Below are positions 50,490 through 59,674 of a stretch of DNA of 64,000 nucleotides, one piece after another. The stretch lies in IMG/VR virus record IMGVR_UViG_3300031772_000009, positions 1 through 64,000 of that record. One strand, written 5' to 3'. A program made the position numbers and the translations under genes. Each line of letters begins with the position of its first letter. Positions within the stretch are counted from its first letter, which is position 1. The notes beneath the pieces are model-generated. The model worked only from the letters and a program-made list of their open reading frames with translations. It was not told the DNA's origin and ran no database searches. The stretch is from a virus.

Positions 50490-50799
50490 GAATATGACAG
50501 AAGATAACTATAAACTAGAGTTTAGGACCGCACAGAGACGGACAACTTTAACCTTTATTAATCCTAAAGTTTCAACGGACACGATTTTCATAAACGATAA
50601 TGCACTAGAAGAAAATCTTTATCTTTTCGAAAAATATATAGAGGAATTGCTAGAGCATGAGAGTATCCATCTAGCCATTTTATACGCTGTTGGAAAGAGT
50701 GAGAGCAGAGCATATGATAAGATGTATATGTTTATGGACCGTGTTTTAGTAATAATGAGGTCTCAAAATGACAAGAAACAAGAAACTCAGAAAATATAA
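50479..50799 (+). CDS. small HExxH protein
   Basis: LEHESIH...G..ES..YD. Confidence 0.7.
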   Translation: MRFKNMTEDNYKLEFRTAQRRTTLTFINPKVSTDTIFINDNALEENLYLFEKYIEELLEHESIHLAILYAVGKSESRAYDKMYMFMDRVLVIMRSQNDKKQETQKI

Positions 50800-51059
50800 G
50801 AAACATCTATCAAGTAAAAAGTTTAAGCTTCTGATAGAGGTTTTGCTGATAGATGTAGAAAAACCTACAGTGTCTTTTAAGTCACTGTCAAAAGTAGAAA
50901 CGATAAGAATAAAACAATAATGGAGAGTGATAAGAGAATGAAGATAGAAAAGGTTAAGATATTCCTAAAGTCTAAACATTGTTTTGTCTATACGGACAAA
51001 CAGAGTTTTGAGGTAGCTTTCGAAAAAGTCGAAATAATCGAATAAAACAAAATGGGAGA

Positions 51060-51275
51060 GTGAAAAGAAAAATGGAAATAGACAACAGAGAGCAATACCT
51101 AATAATAGGTTGTCTTAATACGGTTAGGTTGTTAGCTGAAAAGAACGTACAAGATTTAGAACAAGAACAACATAAGAGACCGTTAAGGGAATTTGAGAGA
51201 TTAGCCTTATTAAGACTCAAAAGTGAAGTAGAAGACATAAAGAAACTACATGATAAAATAGTTTGTGGAAGGTGA
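51060..51275 (+). CDS. hypothetical protein
   Basis: operon. Confidence 0.5.
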   Translation: MKRKMEIDNREQYLIIGCLNTVRLLAEKNVQDLEQEQHKRPLREFERLALLRLKSEVEDIKKLHDKIVCGR

Positions 51276-51802
51276 AAAAGAGAATGAATAAAACACAGAA
51301 AAGAATATTGGAGAGACTGTTTAAACGGTCTCTGAAAGACCTAGAGAAACTTAGTGTTTTCGCAAAATCCAAAACTGAAAAGGCTTTAGCGAATAGACTT
51401 CTTAAGCTGTTCTATAAGAAACAGAGAAACTATAAGGTTAGTTATTGGTTAGCTGAACCTTATAGTTTTGGAGAGCTTAGGGAAGAAACAACGATAAGAG
51501 CTTTTAGCCTAAACCATGCAATACACATAACGCTTAATGAACAGATAAGACCAATAATGCGGAAATATTGCGATATACAAGACAATACCATAACCTACAT
51601 AAAGAGTTATGACAGAAACGATTTCTCAGAGAATTATCTATCTGAATCTTTCGTTGTGGAAGACCTAGAAGACCTTAAGGATATTTGCATGACAGCTAAT
51701 GCTTTAATCCTAGTGCATAGAACAAACCGTAAGAATCCTTACTATACTAGATTGTGGAAGACCTTAAGACAAAACAAGAATCCAATAATAAAGAAGGCTT
51801 AA
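51263..51802 (+). CDS. hypothetical protein
   Basis: GGTGA SD before MNKT. Confidence 0.6.
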   Translation: MWKVKKRMNKTQKRILERLFKRSLKDLEKLSVFAKSKTEKALANRLLKLFYKKQRNYKVSYWLAEPYSFGELREETTIRAFSLNHAIHITLNEQIRPIMRKYCDIQDNTITYIKSYDRNDFSENYLSESFVVEDLEDLKDICMTANALILVHRTNRKNPYYTRLWKTLRQNKNPIIKKA

Positions 51803-52265
51803 AGCATGGAAAAAGCAAAATGTAAAACATGTTATCCAATATTCGGAAATTGTCCATTTTTCTTATGGATTCAAAAATGTAAACCAAAAGAAAAGAAGGT
51901 GATATGAATGTTTACGAAACAACACTATATAGCTATTGCAAAAATGGTTAGTGATGTAAAAACTGAACATGGAGATAACATAACGCTACAGCAATTAGAA
52001 TATAAACTTAGAGAATATTTCTCAGAAGACAATCCCAATTTTGATAGAGTAAGATTCTCTGAAGCATGTAAATCTAGGATGTGAAACAATGAAACAATTA
52101 ACTAGGGAAGGAATAATAGAACTAAAGAGACAATATGAAGAAAAGTGCAGAGCATGTTATAAGAGACATAAAGGTAAAACCTTTAACTGTAGAACGTGCT
52201 ACTTAAGATTAATGCAAGAAGACTTAAACAAAATACCAAAAACACCAATAAGAAGGTATAGATAA

Positions 52266-52565
52266 ATGACACAAATAAAAATCTATATTCCTTCAGTCTT
52301 TCGACACTCTAAAGCAGTAAACGACTTCATAAACACAATGCTTAAAGAGTTTAACGGTTTGACTGTCTACGATTGTTTAGGATATTGGGTTAATCCAGAA
52401 AATCAAATAGAAACAGAGACCGTTAAAGTCTATGAATTCTTAACGCTATATTCAAACATGGAAGATATAGACTCTATAGTTTCTACTGAATGCAAAAAGC
52501 TTAAGCTGTTGCTGAACCAAAACAGCGTTTTGTATGCTATAGACAATAAACCCTTTTTCGTTTAG
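52266..52565 (+). CDS. DUF3574/PII-like small protein
   Basis: F.GLTV....GYW...E..KV..Q.SV. Confidence 0.6.
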   Translation: MTQIKIYIPSVFRHSKAVNDFINTMLKEFNGLTVYDCLGYWVNPENQIETETVKVYEFLTLYSNMEDIDSIVSTECKKLKLLLNQNSVLYAIDNKPFFV

Positions 52566-52683
52566 AAGGTGAAATAATGACAGAATGCGAAACTTGTAAA
52601 CTGAAAAGCAATTGCACACAAACCGATAAAGACTTATGCATAGACTTTTTTTTCAATCATGTAAAAACTAGGATGGTGATAAC

Positions 52684-53118
52684 GTGAAAAGAGAAAAAGA
52701 AAAACCTTTAAAATTTGGATTCTGTTTTAACTGTGATGAGCATAGAATCTTAAACGAAAATAATTTATGCTCTGAGTGTACTGAACAAAAGGACCAAAAA
52801 GAATATTCCGAAAAAGAAGGTTTAGCTGAGACAGTCTTAAACGAATTAGCTAAGACACACAACGACTTTAAGACAGTACAAGACAGAAAATATACAGTCT
52901 ACACAATATTTCGTTATCACAACACACCTTTTAAGGTTGAAAAGATGGTAGGTTCAAATCAAGTCTTACTTTATGACAATGAAGACAAGACCATATATGA
53001 CAGTGATAATGAGACGCAAGAACAGAGAAACGACTTTAGAAGGTGGCTAGAGAAACAGATTATTTGTTTACTGTTGTGTGTCTTACCTAATGGTTTAAAC
53101 GACACAATAGGAACATAA
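52684..53118 (+). CDS. hypothetical protein with N-terminal zinc finger
   Basis: GGTGA SD; CFNC..CSEC. Confidence 0.6.
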   Translation: MKREKEKPLKFGFCFNCDEHRILNENNLCSECTEQKDQKEYSEKEGLAETVLNELAKTHNDFKTVQDRKYTVYTIFRYHNTPFKVEKMVGSNQVLLYDNEDKTIYDSDNETQEQRNDFRRWLEKQIICLLLCVLPNGLNDTIGT

Positions 53119-53294
53119 AGAAGGTGAACACATGGGAAAAATAAGAATTATAGACAAGAAACAGAAAAGAGAATTGATAGCTAAAGCCCATTTTTGGTTT
53201 GGTTCAACAGAAGACATATTTAGAGACGGTCTAATAATTGAGCATGACACAGAGAGAGCTTTAACTTACGTCTTTAAGCCTATTCCCTAAACAA

Positions 53295-53319
53295 TGTTAA
53301 GGCATTTCCGAAAGTTCTA
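53295..53319 (-). repeat. right arm of 25-bp long-range inverted repeat
   Basis: tgttaaggcatttccgaaagttcta followed by T-tract. Confidence 0.85.
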
Positions 53320-53329
53320 TCTTTTTCTA

Positions 53330-54430
53330 TATTCGGTTTTGTTTCGCCGTAAAATCATTTTAAGGGTAAGAAGACCGAAAATAACGACTTGTTTTAAGCT
53401 TCTTTTGCCAAATAAAGCCCAATAATTATAGGTTCAACCAATCGCTTAATATTCGGACACCATGAAAAGCATGGATAAAAACCGAAATAGAAACGTAAGC
53501 CTTTTCTTGTGGTCTCTGCATTTAGTCTAAGTTTCTATCTAAGTTTCTGTCTCTGTCTTTCCGCTCTGTTTGGTCTAGGCTAAACACTCAAACACTAGAG
53601 GTCTTACTATACTATCACAACACACAAGACCGAGACGTTAACGCTTAGACAACAGAGACGGATAACGCTTTAGTTTCACTGTCATTCTAGGCTTACGGTC
53701 TAGTATCTGGACAACAGAGACCGTATAGACCGAGACCGTATAGACTAGACCTCTATACTATCAACATATCACTACATATTCATTAAGCCTCTAAACATAT
53801 TACCCAATAGACACACACCACCATTAACTAGCTTACCATATGGTTCAATAGTGTTATGCGTCTCTGTTGTCATGGATGTTAATAGGTTATTACTATTGTT
53901 ATATAACTATTGTCATAACAAGCCACTGCATACCCTAATGTCTACCACTCCACCACCCATTAAGAAATAGACCATAACAACGTTAAAACGTATAGGTGTC
54001 GTATGTTGGACGGGCAGTTTGGGTGGATGGTGGGTCTATGTGGTGCTGGAACGTAGTGGATTATTCTAAGTTATTCTGTGGGATTCGGCGTTCTTCTCAG
54101 TTATACATTTGCTATTCTATGGTATTATGATAAGATAGTAGGTCGTTCTGGTTGTCCAAGATATAAAAACAGAAGGTGTATATGAGGGGTATGTACTATT
54201 GATTAATAATAAAAAAAACCAGAGAGGACGTTACTACTCCCCCCATATACACGTATCGTTTTTAAATGTTTGTGGTTATGCGTTTGTGGCAATAAACACT
54301 GAATATTGACAAAAGTGTATTGTCGCCACTGAGAGATAGAGAGAAGAGAATGTTTTCACAGTTCGGTGAAACTATATAAATAGGAGTGAAAGTTACTCCA
54401 CTGTGGCGGTGGAGAGAAAGAAAAATAGGT
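53330..54430. other. 1.1-kb non-coding region, candidate origin or genome-end region
   Basis: caacagagac repeats (53650, 53712, inverted 53859; also 46861), gagaccgtatagac x2, AC-rich to GT-rich switch near 53990. Confidence 0.5.
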
Positions 54431-54438
54431 TAAGTCGC

Positions 54439-54648
54439 TTAAACGGTTGGAATGATGTATGTTATGATGACAGTGACTTTTCCTTGGCTACTAACTTCGC
54501 TTGCGAGACCCCTTATTTCTACTGGACCATAAGATAGTCGTCTAAGACGAATTTCATCAACGATTTCTTGAGACGTTCCAACGAGAATTTCAATCGTGTT
54601 GCCCTTGCTGTCTTCACTGCAATGTGATACATAACTTGCTACAGCCAT
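54439..54648 (-). CDS. hypothetical protein
   Basis: divergent TATA near 54665. Confidence 0.5.
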   Translation of the reverse strand: MAVASYVSHCSEDSKGNTIEILVGTSQEIVDEIRLRRLSYGPVEIRGLASEVSSQGKVTVIITYIIPTV

Positions 54649-54738
54649 TTTAATTCACGTTTATACAATGGAGAAACATTGTTAAAAGCTTTTTGTCAAG
54701 GCAACGTTTATATATGCCGTTTGCACTAGGTATTAAAT

Positions 54739-54818
54739 GCGGAGATAGTTCAAAAGTCCAGAACGGTTGGCATCCCGCCAACAGATGACAGACAACGGAA
54801 TCTAGTCTCTCCGCACCA
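54739..54818 (+). tRNA. non-canonical tRNA-Gly(TCC)-like RNA with encoded CCA
   Basis: acceptor GCGGAGA/TCTCCGC-A-CCA, D stem GTTC/GAAC, anticodon stem GTTGG/CCAAC with loop CA-TCC-CG, T arm without TTC; TATA at 54707. Confidence 0.8.
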
Positions 54819-54822
54819 AAAA

Positions 54823-55194
54823 GTGATTGACTTGACGACTGAACAATTGAGGGAACTTCGAGAGAAACTTGAGAAGTGTTGGTGTAAAGAAACAATTTGG
54901 CATAAAAATACTTGGAATCCAGACAAACTTTCTAAGGGTCAATGTTACGTTACCGCATTACTAATTCAAAATATTTTGGGTGGAAGAATTTTTCATGGTA
55001 CTGTTGAGAATGAAAATCATTACTGGAATGAACTTCCAGACGGGACAGAAGTAGATTTGACTTCAGACCAATTTGACGATGGAGACGGAATTCATGTTCA
55101 TCTAAAACATTTCTTTTTGAGTGTTGTCACTCCTAATAAAAGAAACAAACGTTACTTAATATTGAAGGAGAAATATCTTGCCGTCAATAAGTAA
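54823..55194 (+). CDS. YunG-like Cys-His-Asp protein
   Basis: GQCYVTAL..LGG..HYWN..G.EVDLT.QF. Confidence 0.75.
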   Translation: MIDLTTEQLRELREKLEKCWCKETIWHKNTWNPDKLSKGQCYVTALLIQNILGGRIFHGTVENENHYWNELPDGTEVDLTSDQFDDGDGIHVHLKHFFLSVVTPNKRNKRYLILKEKYLAVNK

Positions 55195-55909
55195 AAGGAC
55201 AGAACCATGTTTCGTCTGTGGAAAACAAGGTAAATATGGCGTGTTCGGAAGATATTACTGTGAAGAATGTTATGCTAAACGTCCCCACCGTGGTCATGGA
55301 AGCGGCGGCATGATTGCACTTTCAGAAGAGGAACTCCAATATGAACTCAACAAGGACATTTCATACCACGGCAAACCGTATTTTTTGAAAGTTCCTAAAG
55401 GACACAAAGTTTTTGCTAGTCTGTTTCTTTCACATTATCCAGAGAGTAAAGGCATAGTTGGAAGAAGCATAAACTATCTGATTCTATACGGAAATAGAAT
55501 AGTTGGAATAATAGGACTGATGAATCCGCCTTACGCCATAGAATCAATAGACGACTATTTTGGAATAAACAAAGACAATCGTAATGCCAAAAACTTAGAG
55601 ATAGCAAATAATCATGTGTTCAGACTGGTAAGCAACGAACCTAACCTTGCAAGCCGATGTTTGCGACTGTTAAGAAAGGTTGGAGTCAAGGATTGGCAAG
55701 ACAAATACGGCGTGGTTCTGAAAGGTCTACTCACGTTTGTTGAGCCGCCGAGAAACGGAATTTGTTATTTGGCTGACAACTGGAAATATCTTGGCATGAC
55801 TAAAGGTTTCGGGACTACTCAACGTTCAAACAGATGGGAAAATAGAAAGTGGGTTAAGAAGTCTAAAAAACATATATTTGTTATCAAACTGGTCGTAGGT
55901 GTTCAATAA
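55178..55909 (+). CDS. Mom-related GNAT-fold protein (DUF4338/DruA-like)
   Basis: HY..GR..Y, NN.F, NLAS, DW..YG, TFVE, G..Y.A.NW..LG.TKG. Confidence 0.78.
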   Translation: MPSISKRTEPCFVCGKQGKYGVFGRYYCEECYAKRPHRGHGSGGMIALSEEELQYELNKDISYHGKPYFLKVPKGHKVFASLFLSHYPESKGIVGRSINYLILYGNRIVGIIGLMNPPYAIESIDDYFGINKDNRNAKNLEIANNHVFRLVSNEPNLASRCLRLLRKVGVKDWQDKYGVVLKGLLTFVEPPRNGICYLADNWKYLGMTKGFGTTQRSNRWENRKWVKKSKKHIFVIKLVVGVQ

Positions 55910-56139
55910 AAATGAACATATTGGAGTTTATTGAACACTGTAAGAAGTGTCCGAGACGAAGTAAATGTCATTTCATGGGTTGTATATTGGATGAAAGGTA
56001 ACATAGGTATCGGAATAATCGTCAAATGTCAACGATGTGGCAAGTTGGGCGATGACCGTGACATTTCAACCATATTATTTCCAGATGGAAGCGAGAAAAC
56101 TCTATGTGAAGAATGTTTCCAAAAGGAGACTAAACAGAA

Positions 56140-56448
56140 ATGAAATGGGGATATATTGGAAGAAAACAAAGAAAGAGAGTTTTAGAGAGGGATGAACATA
56201 AATGTTTTATTTGTTGGCGAAAATATCAATTGACAATCCATCATCATTATGATTTTACTGGAAAGATTCTTCCTAAACGTGAAAATGTTTTATGTAATCT
56301 ACCATACCATGAACCAAGAGATTGTGATTTAGTTACACTGTGTAAAGTTTGTCATGGAAAAATCCAAGTTTGTGAGAAGGGAAGTCCTCTATATAGATTA
56401 GTTACTGAATATCTTGCCAACTTGAGTTTAAAGGAGAACCAAAAATGA
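56140..56448 (+). CDS. HNH endonuclease
   Basis: VLERD..C..C...LTIHH...LVTLC..CH. Confidence 0.8.
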   Translation: MKWGYIGRKQRKRVLERDEHKCFICWRKYQLTIHHHYDFTGKILPKRENVLCNLPYHEPRDCDLVTLCKVCHGKIQVCEKGSPLYRLVTEYLANLSLKENQK

Positions 56449-56742
56449 CTTGTATCAAATGTTTGATTCCCTATCTAGTATTCAAGATTGTTCCATTTGA
56501 TTTTGGTTATTGGGTTGCCACTGAGATTTTCGTAAAACTCCATAATGGAAAAGATTCGTGTATTGGATGAGAAAGCCAACCGAGACTGAACTTGGAATTT
56601 ACTATGGTCACGAACTCTATGCTAGACTGAACGGGAAAGAAACGTGTATGTGTGAACAATGCTCCGAGATTAGACCAAAGATTGAGTATATGCTCTGGAA
56701 ACAAAACCAAAAGGTTTAAATAGGAGATTGTATATTATATTT

Positions 56743-56883
56743 AGTACCGATACCGAACCTTACCACGGCAAACCATGTTGCTCTGGAGAGAGGGTGCTAC
56801 TCTCATGGAAGGTCTTTGAACGAAGACTGGGAGTGTGCAATACTGTTCCAATGTTCATGGAATAAGCAATCGGGTCGGCAACT
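56743..56883 (+). ncRNA. putative structured ncRNA (~140 nt)
   Basis: TATA at ~56715; closing stem ccgataccga/tcgggtcgg; four hairpins; T-tract. Confidence 0.6.
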
Positions 56884-56932
56884 CTTTTTATTTGTAACAA
56901 ACTTTATATATCGGATTTTACATAGTGTTTCT

Positions 56933-56994
56933 TAGCGAACTAGAAAAACACTGGATGGCAACTTCAAGTGTGGTTGCCACCACGTTGTTTGCTA
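56933..56994 (+). ncRNA. putative small hairpin RNA
   Basis: TATA at ~56903; tagcgaac/gtttgcta and tggcaac/gttgcca stems. Confidence 0.45.
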
Positions 56995-57037
56995 TTTTCT
57001 CGAAACCTTTATTAGTCGCCTAGACCATATCATGTTT

Positions 57038-57103
57038 TAGTCCGTAAGGAGCAACCCGAAAGGGTGGGATACGCTCCCCAAGGCTATTAATGGCGGAAGC
57101 CAT
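57038..57103 (+). ncRNA. GNRA-loop structured RNA / 5' leader
   Basis: promoter 57002; accc-GAAA-gggt, atggc-GGAA-gccat, ggagc/gctcc. Confidence 0.5.
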
Positions 57104-57125
57104 CCGAAAGAAAGAATGAAAGAAG

Positions 57126-57482
57126 GTGATGGATACGAAAAAGAACGATTCGGTCTTGATGCAGAAACGCCTAATTTTGGAGTATGTAGACGAAAAAGGA
57201 AACTATACAAAGTCTGAAGGTAGAGAAATTGAACAACTCGGATTCTACATTCGTATGATGCACACAGATTTTATTCCATGTGAATGTTGCCAAAGACGTT
57301 TAATAAAAGAAATGATGAAATCAAAACAGTGGAGTATAGGAAACAAAGAAACCGAACCACCAGTGGAACTTTGGAGAAAATTTGAAATTGAAGATAGTTC
57401 TTGGAAAGAATTGGAGAAACGTAAGGCAACAAAAGAAGACAAAGAAAGACTAGGCGATTTCGGCATAACAACCTATGAATAA
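57126..57482 (+). CDS. hypothetical protein
   Basis: ORF. Confidence 0.55.
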   Translation: MMDTKKNDSVLMQKRLILEYVDEKGNYTKSEGREIEQLGFYIRMMHTDFIPCECCQRRLIKEMMKSKQWSIGNKETEPPVELWRKFEIEDSSWKELEKRKATKEDKERLGDFGITTYE

Positions 57483-57522
57483 ACCATAACACTTAAATAT
57501 CTCTTTTCCATATTTCTTTACA

Positions 57523-57756
57523 GTGATTAAAATGAGAAAACGTATTTCAGACGAATTTGAAATAAGGATTGGTGAAGATTGGAGAACACGGTCTGGCTTC
57601 ATTTGTGATTCTAAAAGAAAAGGTGCAAAACTTCCAGAACCTTTTGAAGACCATAGAATAGACAATTGGATTATAGGAGAATTTCAGTTAAAGCATTTCA
57701 ATAATTATCGTGTAAAAGTAACAGTAACTCTACTTGAGAAGAAGGAGAAAACATGA
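57523..57756 (+). CDS. hypothetical protein
   Basis: follows promoter 57484. Confidence 0.55.
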   Translation: MIKMRKRISDEFEIRIGEDWRTRSGFICDSKRKGAKLPEPFEDHRIDNWIIGEFQLKHFNNYRVKVTVTLLEKKEKT

Positions 57757-57842
57757 GTTGGACTTGTCCTAATTGTGGAGCAAATGTTTGTGACTGTAGC
57801 AAATCATGTCCCAAATGCAGAACTCCTAAACCAGTGAGTTGA
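57753..57842 (+). CDS. RanBP2-type zinc-finger microprotein (29 aa)
   Basis: WTCPNCGAN....SCPKCRTPKP; ATGA coupling. Confidence 0.6.
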   Translation: MSWTCPNCGANVCDCSKSCPKCRTPKPVS

Positions 57843-57846
57843 TATT

Positions 57847-57954
57847 ATGTTAAGATGGAAATGTGAATGTGGCGAAACAAACTGTTCATGCCGCCGAACT
57901 TGCAAGAAATGTAATAAACATAGACCAGAACATCCAGAATGGATAATGAAGTAA
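57847..57954 (+). CDS. RanBP2-type zinc-finger microprotein (35 aa)
   Basis: WKCECGETN...RRTCKKC..RP. Confidence 0.55.
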   Translation: MLRWKCECGETNCSCRRTCKKCNKHRPEHPEWIMK

Positions 57955-58006
57955 CAGAAACCCTTAAATATGACGTTAACCATTTTACTTTCAAAGTGAA
58001 TAAGAC

Positions 58007-58390
58007 ATGATAGAAGAAATAGTTAAGAATATAGCTTTGGGAGCATTCTATGGCACACAAGCGGCTCTGTTCGGATACATGAAGGACGAAAACTTACCGT
58101 TAAGTTGGACGGCTGTTTTCACAAAGAAATTCTGGGAAACCTTTAGTCCAGTTAAAGCGTTCAAGACAATTGTTTTGGGTGCTTTCATGGGAGCATTCGG
58201 AACATTCAGCGTATTAAACATTGAGAATAAATGGCTTGACCCAACAGAAACACTCATCGTCTACAACTTTGCTTACTCGGCAATAGTTATGGGTGTTGAC
58301 CAATTCATAAAGTTAGTTGTGCGTAGAACACCAATAGTACGTGCTTGGAATTACCTCAAGGCAAAATGGAATTCTCTACCAATACAGTAA
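58007..58390 (+). CDS. membrane protein (holin-like)
   Basis: hydrophobic helices, basic C-terminus. Confidence 0.5.
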   Translation: MIEEIVKNIALGAFYGTQAALFGYMKDENLPLSWTAVFTKKFWETFSPVKAFKTIVLGAFMGAFGTFSVLNIENKWLDPTETLIVYNFAYSAIVMGVDQFIKLVVRRTPIVRAWNYLKAKWNSLPIQ

Positions 58391-58469
58391 AGTCACGTTT
58401 TAATTGTGACTTCTAACGCCTTTCTTTTTAGCATAACACTTATAACCATCTTTTGCAATACTAATTATA

Positions 58470-58880
58470 GTGAAACATATGAAATTTGACGAATCAGTAT
58501 TAAAAGCAATGGTTGAATTGGAAGGGTACAGTTTCGAGGAAGCCCAACTGTCATATGCTAAACGAGAGAATCTACCAGACTCGGCGTTTTGTGGTCCACA
58601 TAGGACTTATCCAGCCCATGATGCGGCTCATGTTAGAAACGGTCTAGCACGTCTTGGAACTTTCGGTCATAGACTTTCTCCAGCAGTGAGAGCAACTATT
58701 TTGCGTTGTCTAAAGGCAAGAGCGAAACGTTTCGGAATAGAAGTTTCCGAGACAAATGAAGGAAAACTTTGTTTGGCAAAATATGACGAGGAATTGGATA
58801 GTAAGACAAGACAGAAGTGGCTTATAGAAATCGAAGAAACTCGTAAGTGGTACGAAGAGACCGTATCCAAAAAGGAATGA
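58470..58880 (+). CDS. head-associated protein (DUF6582-like)
   Basis: LPDSAF..P.RTYP.HD..HVRN.LAR. Confidence 0.7.
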   Translation: MKHMKFDESVLKAMVELEGYSFEEAQLSYAKRENLPDSAFCGPHRTYPAHDAAHVRNGLARLGTFGHRLSPAVRATILRCLKARAKRFGIEVSETNEGKLCLAKYDEELDSKTRQKWLIEIEETRKWYEETVSKKE

Positions 58881-59116
58881 TGGATATGGAAAAAGCATCA
58901 GAACCGCCACAATATGCAACCCCATCCGATATTCGTTGGTTACAACAGCAAATAGAACGTGCTGAACGAAGAACACGAATACTCCTAGACATGTTAGTAG
59001 CAAAGAAAATCATTACTGAAGCCGAAGCCAAAATCTTCAATGAAACAAAAACAAATTCCGAAGAAATACTCGAATGGTATCTCGCTGAACTGAAAAAGAA
59101 AGAATCAACTAAGTAG
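58877..59116 (+). CDS. hypothetical protein
   Basis: ATGA coupling. Confidence 0.6.
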   Translation: MMDMEKASEPPQYATPSDIRWLQQQIERAERRTRILLDMLVAKKIITEAEAKIFNETKTNSEEILEWYLAELKKKESTK

Positions 59117-59128
59117 GGGGTTTTCCCT

Positions 59129-59674
59129 ATTCCAATAAACGTTTCGTGGAAATCTATTTATGATGACGTTTTATCAGAACTATATCTGAATTTTGGAATA
59201 ACCGCTCAAAAATTAGAACCTATATTTGGAGTTTGCTCATATACTCTACGGAAACAACTTAAACGATTGGGTATATTGAGAACAAGGTCTGATTGTCTCA
59301 AACTTATGTGGAAATCTGGAAATATAACATTTAATTATGATAAATCTGGATTTAAGAAAGGAAACAATCACCCAGACTGGAAAGGTGGAAAACATAAAGA
59401 TTCTAAAGGATATAATATTATTCTTGCTCCAGAAAATCCATTTTCAGCAAATGATGGATATATTTTAGAGCATAGATTGATTTGGTTTTCTATTCATCCA
59501 GAAACCCCGAAAGATTGGATAATTCATCATTTAAATGGTATAAGAGATGACAACAGAATTGAAAATCTCTTTGCTTGTTCAAGGAGAAGACATATAAAGG
59601 AGTTTCCTAATACTTATATCAAAGCATTACAAAATAGCATAAGAGAATTAGAAGGTGAATTAATACGCCAATAA
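59129..59674 (+). CDS. HNH homing endonuclease with HTH/NUMOD-like N-terminus (probable ATT start)
   Basis: HPDWKGG, YILEHRL, IHHLNG.RDDNRIENL; frame open back to 59117. Confidence 0.85.
   Translation: MPINVSWKSIYDDVLSELYLNFGITAQKLEPIFGVCSYTLRKQLKRLGILRTRSDCLKLMWKSGNITFNYDKSGFKKGNNHPDWKGGKHKDSKGYNIILAPENPFSANDGYILEHRLIWFSIHPETPKDWIIHHLNGIRDDNRIENLFACSRRRHIKEFPNTYIKALQNSIRELEGELIRQ

Noticed and set aside
47260-53319. Transposon with terminal inverted repeats
   Set aside because: No transposase or recombinase lies inside and no target-site duplication was seen; the G-U compatible mismatch favours RNA pairing.
55178-55909. Druantia defence system
   Set aside because: Only a stand-alone DruA/Mom-like domain is present; no DruE helicase or other dru genes.
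59114-59116. Amber readthrough fusing the 58877 ORF to the in-frame HNH
   Set aside because: The duplicated PINVSWKS start and an SD-spaced ATT explain the open frame better; TAG behaves as a stop elsewhere.
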